The notes below the pieces were generated by a model. That model searched no databases. It saw only the letters and a list, made by a program, of their open reading frames with translations, and was not told where the DNA came from. A program made the position numbers and the translations under genes. DNA of 64,000 bases from an uncultured Bacillota bacterium (lineage in GTDB: Bacteria; Bacillota_I; Bacilli_A; RF39; UBA660), in contig CAOJZV010000004.1 in NCBI GenBank assembly GCA_948466255.1, positions 5,541 to 69,540 of the forward strand, read 5' to 3'. Below, one piece after another: positions 47,829 to 56,779 of this stretch (within the stretch, counting starts at the first letter, position 1; each line of letters starts with the position of its first letter).

Positions 47829-48416
47829 ATGGAAAAGAAAAGCAAGGGGAAAATAATTGCTATTGTCATTTTAGTATTACTCGTTTTAGGACTTGGTGGG
47901 TATATTATTTATGATAAATTTGTAAAAGAAGATGAAACAGTTGAATTAAAAAGACAAGTTAAATCATTAAATAAGGAAATTGATAAATTGAAAACAAATA
48001 ATAATACAAAGGATTCTAATGATAAAATAAATTCTATCGTTGGTGAATACAGTGGTATTAAAGAATATAACGATAGTCCATCAATAAGAGTAAAAATCGA
48101 TTTTATGGAAGATGGAACTTATTATGAAGAAATAGCATCAACCATGGCAATTATTAAATATGGAACATATACTGTTGATAATAATAAAATAACATTAAAT
48201 GAAGTATTTACACATGATAATGAAGTTGCTAACGGAAAAAGAACTAATAACAAATATACTTATGAAATAAATAATGATGGAACAATTAACGCAACAATTG
48301 ATGAACAAAAAATTATTTTAACAAAAACCACCAAAACAAATGAGGTTAAAAATGAATTTATGAATTGGTTAATGCAGGATTCAGAGGAGTATACTAAATC
48401 ATTTCAGGTTGAGTAG
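47829..48416 (+). CDS. Membrane-anchored extracellular beta-rich protein (paralog-like of upstream gene)
   Basis: N-terminal TM, coiled coil, GEYSG...EDGTY...GTYTV...YTYEINNDG. Confidence 0.65.
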   Translation: MEKKSKGKIIAIVILVLLVLGLGGYIIYDKFVKEDETVELKRQVKSLNKEIDKLKTNNNTKDSNDKINSIVGEYSGIKEYNDSPSIRVKIDFMEDGTYYEEIASTMAIIKYGTYTVDNNKITLNEVFTHDNEVANGKRTNNKYTYEINNDGTINATIDEQKIILTKTTKTNEVKNEFMNWLMQDSEEYTKSFQVE

Positions 48417-48480
48417 TTAAAAAGCTATTAAAAAATAGCTTTTTTTTCTTATTTAAGGTATAATTAAAAAAGGTGATAAA

Positions 48481-49788
48481 ATGTTTGAAAATTTAGGAGA
48501 TAGATTACAAAATGCTTTAAATAAAATTAAAGGTTATGGTAAAATTACTGAAGATAATATTAGTGAAGTAACAAGAGAAATTAGACTGGCTTTATTAGAA
48601 GCGGATGTTAACTATAAGGTTGTTAAAGAGTTTGTTAATAATGTAAAAGAAAAAGCTTTAGGTGAAGAGGTTAGTAAATCTTTAAAACCTGGTGAAGTTT
48701 TTGTTAAAATTGTTAAAGATGAACTTGTAGAATTACTTGGAAAAGAAGATGAACCTTTAATTGTTATTAAACCAATGACTATTTTAATGATGGCTGGACT
48801 TCAAGGTAGTGGTAAAACAACTACTGTCGGGAAGCTTGCATTACACATGCGTAAAAAATTAGGTTTAAAGCCTTTAATGGTTGCTTGTGATGTTTATAGA
48901 CCTGCAGCTATTGATCAATTAAAACAATTAGGTAAAGAACTTAATATTGAAGTTTATAGTGAGGGTAAAGGGAATCCAGTAGAAATTGCAAAAAATGCGG
49001 TAGAATATGCCAAAGAAAATGGATTTAATTATGTTTTAATTGATACAGCTGGAAGGCTTCATATTGATGAAGAATTAATGAATGAACTTAAAAATATAAG
49101 TAGTGCAGTTGAACCTAATGAAATTTTATTAGTTGTCGATAGTATGACTGGTCAGGATGCGGTTAATGTTATTGAAGGATTTAATGAAGCTTTAGATGTT
49201 ACTGGTGCGGTGTTAACTAAATTAGATGGTGATACTAAAGGTGGAGCGGCTTTATCTATTAGACATTTAACTAATATTCCAATTAAGTTTATTGGTGTTA
49301 GTGAAAAGATGGACGGTTTAGAAAAATTTTCACCTTCAAGAATGGCAAGCCGTATTCTTGATATGGGTGATTTGATGGGTATGGCTGAAAAAGCTGAAGC
49401 TTTACTTGATGATGAAGAGGCTATTAAAACTGCTGAAAAGATGAGCAAGGGTAAATTTGATTTAGAAGATTTTTTAGTTCAGTTAAATCAAATTAAAAAA
49501 TTAGGACCTCTTGAAAATTTACTTAAAATGATTCCAGGTGCTAAAAAGATGGGACTTAATAATGTTAATATTGATCCAAAACAAATGGCACATATTGAAG
49601 CGATTATTCTTTCAATGACACCAAAAGAAAGAAGAAATCCTGATATATTAAAAGCTAGTCGTAAAAGAAGAATTGCGGCAGGTAGTGGTAGAACTGTAGA
49701 AGAAGTAAACAGACTTTTAAAACAATTTGAACAAATGAAAGATATGATGAAAAGAATGAAAAATGGTAATATGAAACTTCCTTTTTAA
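48481..49788 (+). CDS. ffh: Signal recognition particle protein Ffh
   Basis: GLQGSGKTT, DTAGR, TKLDGDTKGGAALS, M-domain SMTPKER..P...SRKRRIAAGSG. Confidence 0.97.
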   Translation: MFENLGDRLQNALNKIKGYGKITEDNISEVTREIRLALLEADVNYKVVKEFVNNVKEKALGEEVSKSLKPGEVFVKIVKDELVELLGKEDEPLIVIKPMTILMMAGLQGSGKTTTVGKLALHMRKKLGLKPLMVACDVYRPAAIDQLKQLGKELNIEVYSEGKGNPVEIAKNAVEYAKENGFNYVLIDTAGRLHIDEELMNELKNISSAVEPNEILLVVDSMTGQDAVNVIEGFNEALDVTGAVLTKLDGDTKGGAALSIRHLTNIPIKFIGVSEKMDGLEKFSPSRMASRILDMGDLMGMAEKAEALLDDEEAIKTAEKMSKGKFDLEDFLVQLNQIKKLGPLENLLKMIPGAKKMGLNNVNIDPKQMAHIEAIILSMTPKERRNPDILKASRKRRIAAGSGRTVEEVNRLLKQFEQMKDMMKRMKNGNMKLPF

Positions 49789-49896
49789 GGATTAAAAAAA
49801 TTATTTATTTGTGTTAAAAATTAAATTAATTCATGACATATAACATATTCACAAAAATAATTTCCTCATATGATATGTTAGATAGGGGGAAACGTA

Positions 49897-50187
49897 ATGT
49901 TTAGAAAAAATTGTTGTATGTTTGGTGGCAGAAATCAAATGCCTATGCATGATATGGGATGCTGTGAAAGAGAACCAGAATGCCCAGTTGTTGAGCCAGT
50001 TATTAACAAATGCGTAGAAAGAGAATTTTGTCATGAAGTAAAACATGTATGTCCTATTCATACACATGTTGTAAACCGTCATATATATAACCACACTTAC
50101 ACACCACAATATACTTGTTCTGAAGAAAATCAAGTAGTAAATAATGACCCTGGTTGTTGTGCTGGTTTTGCAAATAACGGTTTTTAA
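49897..50187 (+). CDS. cotD: CotD-family spore coat protein
   Basis: PVVEPV..C.....HEVKHVCPIHTHVVN.H.Y.H.Y.PQYT pattern; CATATGAT (sigE/sigK-like -10) at 49867. Confidence 0.7.
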   Translation: MFRKNCCMFGGRNQMPMHDMGCCEREPECPVVEPVINKCVEREFCHEVKHVCPIHTHVVNRHIYNHTYTPQYTCSEENQVVNNDPGCCAGFANNGF

Positions 50188-50364
50188 TAGTGAAAAAGAT
50201 TACTGATTAAATTAGTAATCTTTTATTTTGGAAAGTTATGGAAAATATTATAAAAAATAGTGTAAACAGTGGTGTAAACTAAGGCGGAAATAGCTTTATA
50301 AATCTATACACAAAAATAGCTGTTTGATATAATATTTATATAGGCCATAAGAGAGGTGATAGTT

Positions 50365-51639
50365 ATGAAAAAGACATTATTAGTATTACTTACATTAGTA
50401 ATATCTTTTAGCTTTGTTTCTAGCGCCAATGCGGCAATATATACTGATGCTAGTGTTGGAACTTATGAACAAGAACTATCAAAATTCCCTTGTGATTATC
50501 AAAATAAAATAAAACAATTACATAATACTTATCCAAATGCTGTTTTTGTAGCTCAAAATATATTCTTTGATTGGGATAAAAAAAAGGAAGTTCCGGTTAA
50601 TTGGAATGATATGGTACAAGCGGAGGATAAATTAGTTAATGGTGTAGCTAGAAGTTCTATTTATTATACTGCGCCTGCTAGTTATAGAACGTCTGCTTGT
50701 GATCAAACTTCTGGTGGGAAGTGCGTATGGTATAGAGCTTCAGTTGAAGGAATTAAATATTATTTAAATCCATATAATTTTTTAGATACTACACATGTAT
50801 TTATGTTTGAATCTCAACTTTATAATCCTAATCAAACAGTAGATGGACTTGAAAAATTACTTGCAGGAACATTTATGAGTAATAAAAATTGTCCTGGTTC
50901 AAACAAAACTTATGCTCAGGTTATTATAGAAGCAGCCCAAAAATATAGTCTTAGTGCTTATATGCTTGCTTCACGTATAAAGCAGGAACAAGGTTCTGCT
51001 GGAACAAGTGGATTAATTTCAGGGAATTATTCTGGTTATGTTGGATATTATAATTACTTTAATATAAAAGCTAGTGGTTCTACTGATGCTGAAGTTATTA
51101 AAAATGGTTTAGAGTATGCAAAAAGTCAAGGATGGACAAGCCCTTATTTAGCGATAACAGGTGGGGCTAGTTTCTTACGTTCTAAATATATTGGAGCAAA
51201 TGACCAATTTGGCGTAAAAGGTCAAATGACAGATTATCTTCAAAAATGGGATCCGTACGGTCCACAATATGGTGGACAACAATATATGCAAAATATTATG
51301 GCTCCATATTCTGAATCAGCTAGTACATATAAAGCTTATTCTTCAATAAGTGGTTATAATAATTTAAAATATGTATTCTATATTCCAATATTTACAGGTG
51401 CCCCTAATACAACTAATACTAGTTGCAATGCTGGTACTTCAATAAAAAAAGGCGATGTAAATGGCGATGGAAAAGTATCTTCAGCTGATTATTTGATGAT
51501 AAGAGATTATATTATGGGAAGCTATAATATAGCAGATAATTATAAATTAGCAGCAGATGTAACTGGTGATGGAAAAGTTACAAGTGCAGATTATTTAAAA
51601 ATTAGAGATTATATTATGGGAGTTATAAGTTCTTTATAA
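50365..51639 (+). CDS. Secreted glucosaminidase-like peptidoglycan hydrolase with C-terminal dockerin
   Basis: Signal peptide; YYLNPYNFL, LASRIKQEQG, YYNYFNIKA, QYMQNIMAP.SE; duplicated GDVNGDGKVSSADYL / ADVTGDGKVTSADYL. Confidence 0.85.
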   Translation: MKKTLLVLLTLVISFSFVSSANAAIYTDASVGTYEQELSKFPCDYQNKIKQLHNTYPNAVFVAQNIFFDWDKKKEVPVNWNDMVQAEDKLVNGVARSSIYYTAPASYRTSACDQTSGGKCVWYRASVEGIKYYLNPYNFLDTTHVFMFESQLYNPNQTVDGLEKLLAGTFMSNKNCPGSNKTYAQVIIEAAQKYSLSAYMLASRIKQEQGSAGTSGLISGNYSGYVGYYNYFNIKASGSTDAEVIKNGLEYAKSQGWTSPYLAITGGASFLRSKYIGANDQFGVKGQMTDYLQKWDPYGPQYGGQQYMQNIMAPYSESASTYKAYSSISGYNNLKYVFYIPIFTGAPNTTNTSCNAGTSIKKGDVNGDGKVSSADYLMIRDYIMGSYNIADNYKLAADVTGDGKVTSADYLKIRDYIMGVISSL

Positions 51640-51673
51640 CACAAATATATTTATATATGATAAGGTGATAGTA

Positions 51674-53026
51674 ATGAAAAAAAAGATAATTATATTGTTT
51701 ACATTTGTATTCTTTTCTTTCTTTTTTGTAGAATATAATGTTGAAGCTGCTTCTTGGAGTATTTCTCCACGTAGTGGTAGTATTAAAAATGGTGGTAGCG
51801 TAAGCATTAATATATCTGGTAATGTTGCTGGAAGATTTAATGTATCTACTTCTGGTAGTTGTCGCGCCAACACTAACAAGGTTTTTAAGGAAACTATTTC
51901 ATCTAATGCATCATTTTCGGTAACTGCTACTGGTAGTGGTTCTTGTTCTGTTAATGTTAGTGCAGCAGATGTAACTGATCCAAGTTATAATTCGGTTGGT
52001 GGAAGTAGTAGTGCGAATTTTACAATTACATCTTCATCAAGTAGTTCTTCAAACAAAAATTCTTCTAGTTCTAAAAATACTTCAAGTAAAACTACAAATA
52101 ATAAAGATGATTCTAAATCATCTGATAATAATTTAAAATCTTTATCGGTAGAAAGTGTTGAGCTTTCTTTTAACAAAGATACAACAACTTATAATTTATC
52201 AGTAGGTAATGATGTTAAAAAAATAAAAATAAACGCAGAAGCAAATAATTCAAAAGCTACTGTTACTGGAACGGGAGAAAAAGATGTTAAAGAAGGTGAC
52301 AATAAATTTGATGTTGTTGTTACCGCTGAAAATGGTGATACAAAAACATATACAATTAATGTAAATGTTGATTCAAAGCCAATTACAGTTACAGTAGGTG
52401 GAAAAAAATATACTTTGGTTAAGAAAAAAGATGAACTTCCTGAACTTAATATTGAACATGAAGATTTAACTTTAAACTTTGATGACCAGGAGGTTGCTGC
52501 TTATAGAATAGATAAAATTAATTTTGTATTAGTTGGACTTAGAGATGAAAAGGGTAATATCAAATTATATAAATATGACACATATAAAGATAAGGAAAAA
52601 CCAGACAAATATACTTTGTTTATGCAATTTTCACTTCCACAAATGTTTGTTTCATATTTAGAATTTCCTAAAAATCTAATTCCTGATGGTTTTAAAAAGT
52701 ATAAAGAGGAAATTAATGGTGAAAAGGTAGATGTTTATAAATTATCTAAGGATTCAGATTACTGTTTATTCTATGGAATAAATATGGAAACTGGTGAAAA
52801 AAATATCTATAAATATGATAGTAAAGAAAAAACTTTCCAAATTTATGATAGGGAAGAATTAGAATCTTTAGAAAAACAAATGGAAGAACTTAAATATATT
52901 ATTGCTGGATTAATTGGTTTAAGTGCATTACTTTTAATTATAATTGTAATTATATGTGCAACTAGAAAAAGAAAATTTAAGAAAATGATTCAAAAATATG
53001 AAAATAAAAAAATGGCTCAACTTTAA
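51674..53026 (+). CDS. Surface protein: N-terminal beta domain (cohesin-like?), Ser-rich linker, cadherin-like beta-sandwich, C-terminal TM anchor
   Basis: Signal peptide; SSDNNLKSLSV...FNKDTTTY...VTAENGDTKTYTINV; C-terminal TM plus basic tail. Confidence 0.75.
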   Translation: MKKKIIILFTFVFFSFFFVEYNVEAASWSISPRSGSIKNGGSVSINISGNVAGRFNVSTSGSCRANTNKVFKETISSNASFSVTATGSGSCSVNVSAADVTDPSYNSVGGSSSANFTITSSSSSSSNKNSSSSKNTSSKTTNNKDDSKSSDNNLKSLSVESVELSFNKDTTTYNLSVGNDVKKIKINAEANNSKATVTGTGEKDVKEGDNKFDVVVTAENGDTKTYTINVNVDSKPITVTVGGKKYTLVKKKDELPELNIEHEDLTLNFDDQEVAAYRIDKINFVLVGLRDEKGNIKLYKYDTYKDKEKPDKYTLFMQFSLPQMFVSYLEFPKNLIPDGFKKYKEEINGEKVDVYKLSKDSDYCLFYGINMETGEKNIYKYDSKEKTFQIYDREELESLEKQMEELKYIIAGLIGLSALLLIIIVIICATRKRKFKKMIQKYENKKMAQL

Positions 53027-53096
53027 TCTGAGTCTTTTTTTATTTGTAAACTTGAGGTATAATATATATGGAAATCAGAAGGAAAGTTGGTAAGTG

Positions 53097-53327
53097 ATGG
53101 AAAAGATTATTAAGAATGCTGTCCGCTGTAAAAGCTGTAATGAAATTATAGAATCTAAAAGTGTTCATGATTTGGTTACATGTAAGTGTGGTCGCTGTTC
53201 TGTTGATGGCGGAAGGCAATACATTAGAAGAATTTTTACTACTTCTATTGATGAAGATTATGAAGAATTAAGTGAATTTGAAAAAATCGACAACAGTAAA
53301 AAAGATTTAATAAAATTAAATAAGTAG
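53097..53327 (+). CDS. Small zinc-ribbon hypothetical protein
   Basis: NAVRCKSCNEIIES...HD.VTCKCG.CSVDGG..Y.RR. Confidence 0.7.
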   Translation: MEKIIKNAVRCKSCNEIIESKSVHDLVTCKCGRCSVDGGRQYIRRIFTTSIDEDYEELSEFEKIDNSKKDLIKLNK

Positions 53328-53356
53328 TCTAAAAAACTAGCTAAGTTAAACTTAAG

Positions 53357-53728
53357 CTAGTTTATTATTTGATGATAAACATCTTCGACATTTACTAATT
53401 CTAATTGGTCTTTACCACTATATGCTGGTTTTAAATGTAAGTGAAAATGTTTTACTTCTTGTGGCAAACCATTATTTTGAATTAGTGTTAATCCTTCGGA
53501 ACCTAATTTTTCTTTAAATAAATTATCCATTTTTCTTGCTATTTCTAAAATATGCATTAATGTTTCATTATCGATATCAAAAAGGTCAGTATAATGTTTT
53601 TTAGGAACAATTAAGGCATGTCCATTGGCAAGTGGGTTAACATCTAAAAATACTTTTACTACATCGTCTTCATATATTGTATATGAAGGAATATCACCAT
53701 TTACTATTTTACAAAATATACAATTCAT
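53357..53728 (-). CDS. hit: HIT-family nucleotide hydrolase
   Basis: CIFCKI, GHALIVPKKH, HFHLH triad. Confidence 0.92.
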   Translation of the reverse strand: MNCIFCKIVNGDIPSYTIYEDDVVKVFLDVNPLANGHALIVPKKHYTDLFDIDNETLMHILEIARKMDNLFKEKLGSEGLTLIQNNGLPQEVKHFHLHLKPAYSGKDQLELVNVEDVYHQIIN

Positions 53729-53890
53729 TTTTATCACCCATATTTATTATACCATAAAAAAAGAGTTTAAACTCTTTTACGTGAATATCTGCGGAATATT
53801 CTAACATATTATGGAAAAATTTTGTCTTTTTTATACAACTAGGTATAAAAAAATATGGAAAAGTGATAAAATACTAGGTAGGTGATATAT

Positions 53891-54655
53891 ATGAAAAGCT
53901 TAAAAATTAAGGATTTAACGGCTACAGTTAATAATAAAACAATATTAAAAGATTTTAATTTAGAAATTAAACCTGGAGAAATTCACGCAATTATGGGACC
54001 TAATGGAACTGGAAAATCTACTTTAACAAAAGTTATTATGGGTGATCCTAATTATAAAATTGTTAAAGGTGAAATTTATTTTGATGATATTAGAGTAAAT
54101 GATTTACCAGTTGATGAAAGAGCTAGATTAGGTATTTTTCTTGGTATGCAAATGCCAATGGAAATTGAAGGTGTAAGTAATGCAGATTTTTTAAGAACTG
54201 CTTTAAGAAGTAAAGATGAGAACTTTAAATTATATAGTTTTATTAAAGAACTTGATAAAAAAGTAGAAGATTTAAAAATGAATAAAGATATGATTCATAG
54301 AGGTATCAATGAAGGTTTTTCTGGTGGGGAAAGAAAGAAAAATGAAATTCTTCAAATGCATATTTTAAAACCAAAAGTTGTTATGCTTGATGAAATTGAT
54401 TCTGGTTTAGATGTTGATAGTTTAAAAATTGTTGGAAATAGTGTGATGGATTATTATAATGAAGAGAAACCCGCTATTTTATTAGTTACGCATTACCAAA
54501 GATTACTTGACTACATTAAATCTGATTATGTTCATATTATGTCCGGTGGAAAGATTGTTAAAAGTGGTGATGCTTCTTTAGTTAAAGAAATAGAAGAAAA
54601 GGGTTATGAAAACTTTTCTGAATCTAGTACTAGTGTTATAAAGGAAAATGAATAA
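53891..54655 (+). CDS. sufC: Fe-S cluster assembly ATPase SufC
   Basis: HAIMGPNGTGKST, NEGFSGGERKKNEILQ, LDEIDSGLDVD, THYQRLL. Confidence 0.95.
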   Translation: MKSLKIKDLTATVNNKTILKDFNLEIKPGEIHAIMGPNGTGKSTLTKVIMGDPNYKIVKGEIYFDDIRVNDLPVDERARLGIFLGMQMPMEIEGVSNADFLRTALRSKDENFKLYSFIKELDKKVEDLKMNKDMIHRGINEGFSGGERKKNEILQMHILKPKVVMLDEIDSGLDVDSLKIVGNSVMDYYNEEKPAILLVTHYQRLLDYIKSDYVHIMSGGKIVKSGDASLVKEIEEKGYENFSESSTSVIKENE

Positions 54656-55442
54656 TATGAATAAACTAGTAATAGTGGATGATGAAATCATAGAAAATAA
54701 ATTAGATGATTCTATTAAGGTTTCTTTTAAAAAAGATGATTTCGTTTCAGAAGTAAAAATAGACATTTATAATAATGCAGATTTATTTATTGAATACACT
54801 AGTAATAATGAAACAAAATTAAATATTGATTTAAGAGTTTCTAAAAATGTAAAATGTAATTTATATGAATTAAAAAAAGGTAAAAAATATAAATTGGGTT
54901 ACAAATACGAAATAGATGAAAACAGTATTGTAAATATTTATAAAATAAATGATGTTCATAAAATAAAAGAACATTTAATATTTAATTTAAATGGTGAAAA
55001 TGCGAAAGTAAATTATTTATTAAAAACTATTTCAAATTCTAAAGAAAAATATGATTTAATGGTTTATCACAATAATAGTAATACTTTTAGTAATATTATT
55101 AATAATGGAGTTAATATTTTAGATGGTGAACTTTCTTTTATAGTTTCAGGATTTGTACCTAATGGAATTACCAACTGCATAGTTGATCAAAAAAATAGAA
55201 TTATCAACTTAACTAATAATTCTTGTATGATTAAACCTAATTTATTTATTGATGAAAATGATGTTATTGCCAATCACAGCGCACATATAGGCAAATGTAA
55301 TGATGAAGAAATGTTTTATTTAATGAGTAGAGGAATTAAAGCTAAAGAAGCTGAAAATTTAATCATTAAAGGATTTTTATTAAATGGTTTAAAATGGGGA
55401 CATGATGAAATGGAAAATATAATTAATAAATATTGGAGGTGA
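54648..55442 (+). CDS. sufD: SufD-like Fe-S assembly protein (short)
   Basis: PNLFIDENDVIANHSAHIG...MFYLMSRGI...AENLIIKGFL. Confidence 0.85.
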   Translation: MNNMNKLVIVDDEIIENKLDDSIKVSFKKDDFVSEVKIDIYNNADLFIEYTSNNETKLNIDLRVSKNVKCNLYELKKGKKYKLGYKYEIDENSIVNIYKINDVHKIKEHLIFNLNGENAKVNYLLKTISNSKEKYDLMVYHNNSNTFSNIINNGVNILDGELSFIVSGFVPNGITNCIVDQKNRIINLTNNSCMIKPNLFIDENDVIANHSAHIGKCNDEEMFYLMSRGIKAKEAENLIIKGFLLNGLKWGHDEMENIINKYWR

Positions 55443-55446
55443 AAAT

Positions 55447-56640
55447 ATGAATAGTGAAGATTTTGACATGATTCAAAGTGGCATTATTTACTTTGATAAT
55501 GGGGCAACTACTTTAAAGCCTAGAGTGTTAGGTGAAGCTATAAGTGATTATTATAATCATTACAGTTCTAACGCTCATAGAGGTGATTATGAAATAAGTA
55601 TCAAAGCAAGCAGTGAATATGAAAACACTAGAGATATTGTAGCAGAATTAATTAATTCTAAAAGTTCTAAACAAATTTCATTTACTAGTGGGACTACTGA
55701 TTCTATAAATAAAATTGTGTTTGGTTTTTTTAGACATTATTTAAAAAAAGGTGATGAAGTTTTACTTACTAAAAGTGAGCATGCTTCTAATGTTTTGCCT
55801 TGGTTTGAACTTGCTGATGAAATAGGAATTAAGGTTAAATATATTGAACTTGATTCTAATCATAAAGTTACTATGGAAAATGTTAAAAAAGCGATTACCG
55901 CAAATACTAAAGTTATTTCACTTGCCCATGTTAGTAATGTTGTAGGTGATGTAAGACCTATTAAAGAAATAACAGAGTATGCTCACAGTAAAGGAATATT
56001 AGTTTTATGTGATGGAGCTCAAAGTGTTCCACATATGAAAATAGATGTTCAGGATTTAGGTGTTGATTTCTTAACTTTTTCGGCGCATAAAATGTGTGGA
56101 CCTACTGGAGTAGGGGTAATTTATGTTAAAGAAGATCATTTAGATAATATTAAACCAATTATTTTTGGTGGGGGAATGAATGCGGAATTTGATAATACTG
56201 GAACTAGAATATATAAAAGTATGCCAGATTTATTAGAAGCAGGGACACCTAATATTGCTGGTGTTATTGGCTTTGGTTATGTTATTAAATATTTAAATAA
56301 AATTGGTCTTGATAAAATTCATAATCATGAATTGGACCTAAGAGAATATTTGATAAGTAAATTAAAAGAAAATCCAAATATTGAAATATATAATGAAAAT
56401 AGTGAAAGCGGAATTGTTACTATTAATTATAAAGATATTTTCCCACAAGATTTATCTATTTATTTAGATAAGCATCATATTTGTACGAGAGCAGGAAGTC
56501 ACTGTGCAAAAATATTAAAGGATGAACTTAAAATTAAAAATACATGCAGAATCAGTTTATATTTTTATAATACTAAAGAGGAAATTGATAAGTTAGTAGA
56601 TGCTTTAAATAATCCAAATATTAAAATGGAAATTATATAA
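55447..56640 (+). CDS. sufS: Cysteine desulfurase SufS (class II)
   Basis: YFDNGATT.KP, NAHRG, EHASN..PW, DGAQSVPH, SAHKMCGPTG, RAGSHCA. Confidence 0.92.
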   Translation: MNSEDFDMIQSGIIYFDNGATTLKPRVLGEAISDYYNHYSSNAHRGDYEISIKASSEYENTRDIVAELINSKSSKQISFTSGTTDSINKIVFGFFRHYLKKGDEVLLTKSEHASNVLPWFELADEIGIKVKYIELDSNHKVTMENVKKAITANTKVISLAHVSNVVGDVRPIKEITEYAHSKGILVLCDGAQSVPHMKIDVQDLGVDFLTFSAHKMCGPTGVGVIYVKEDHLDNIKPIIFGGGMNAEFDNTGTRIYKSMPDLLEAGTPNIAGVIGFGYVIKYLNKIGLDKIHNHELDLREYLISKLKENPNIEIYNENSESGIVTINYKDIFPQDLSIYLDKHHICTRAGSHCAKILKDELKIKNTCRISLYFYNTKEEIDKLVDALNNPNIKMEII

Positions 56641-56779
56641 TTATTTATCACTTCAATACGAAGTGATTTTTATTATGTCATGAATAGTTATATAAATAAA
56701 AATAAGGGCAAATGGCAAATTTTTACTTTAAAAAAATTTTAAAATGCGGTATAATTAGTAATAGTTAGATGGTGGTAAG

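Noticed and set aside
52020-52130. Ser/Asn-rich low-complexity stretch as a tandem repeat
   Set aside because: Encodes a flexible linker with varied codons; not a DNA-level repeat.
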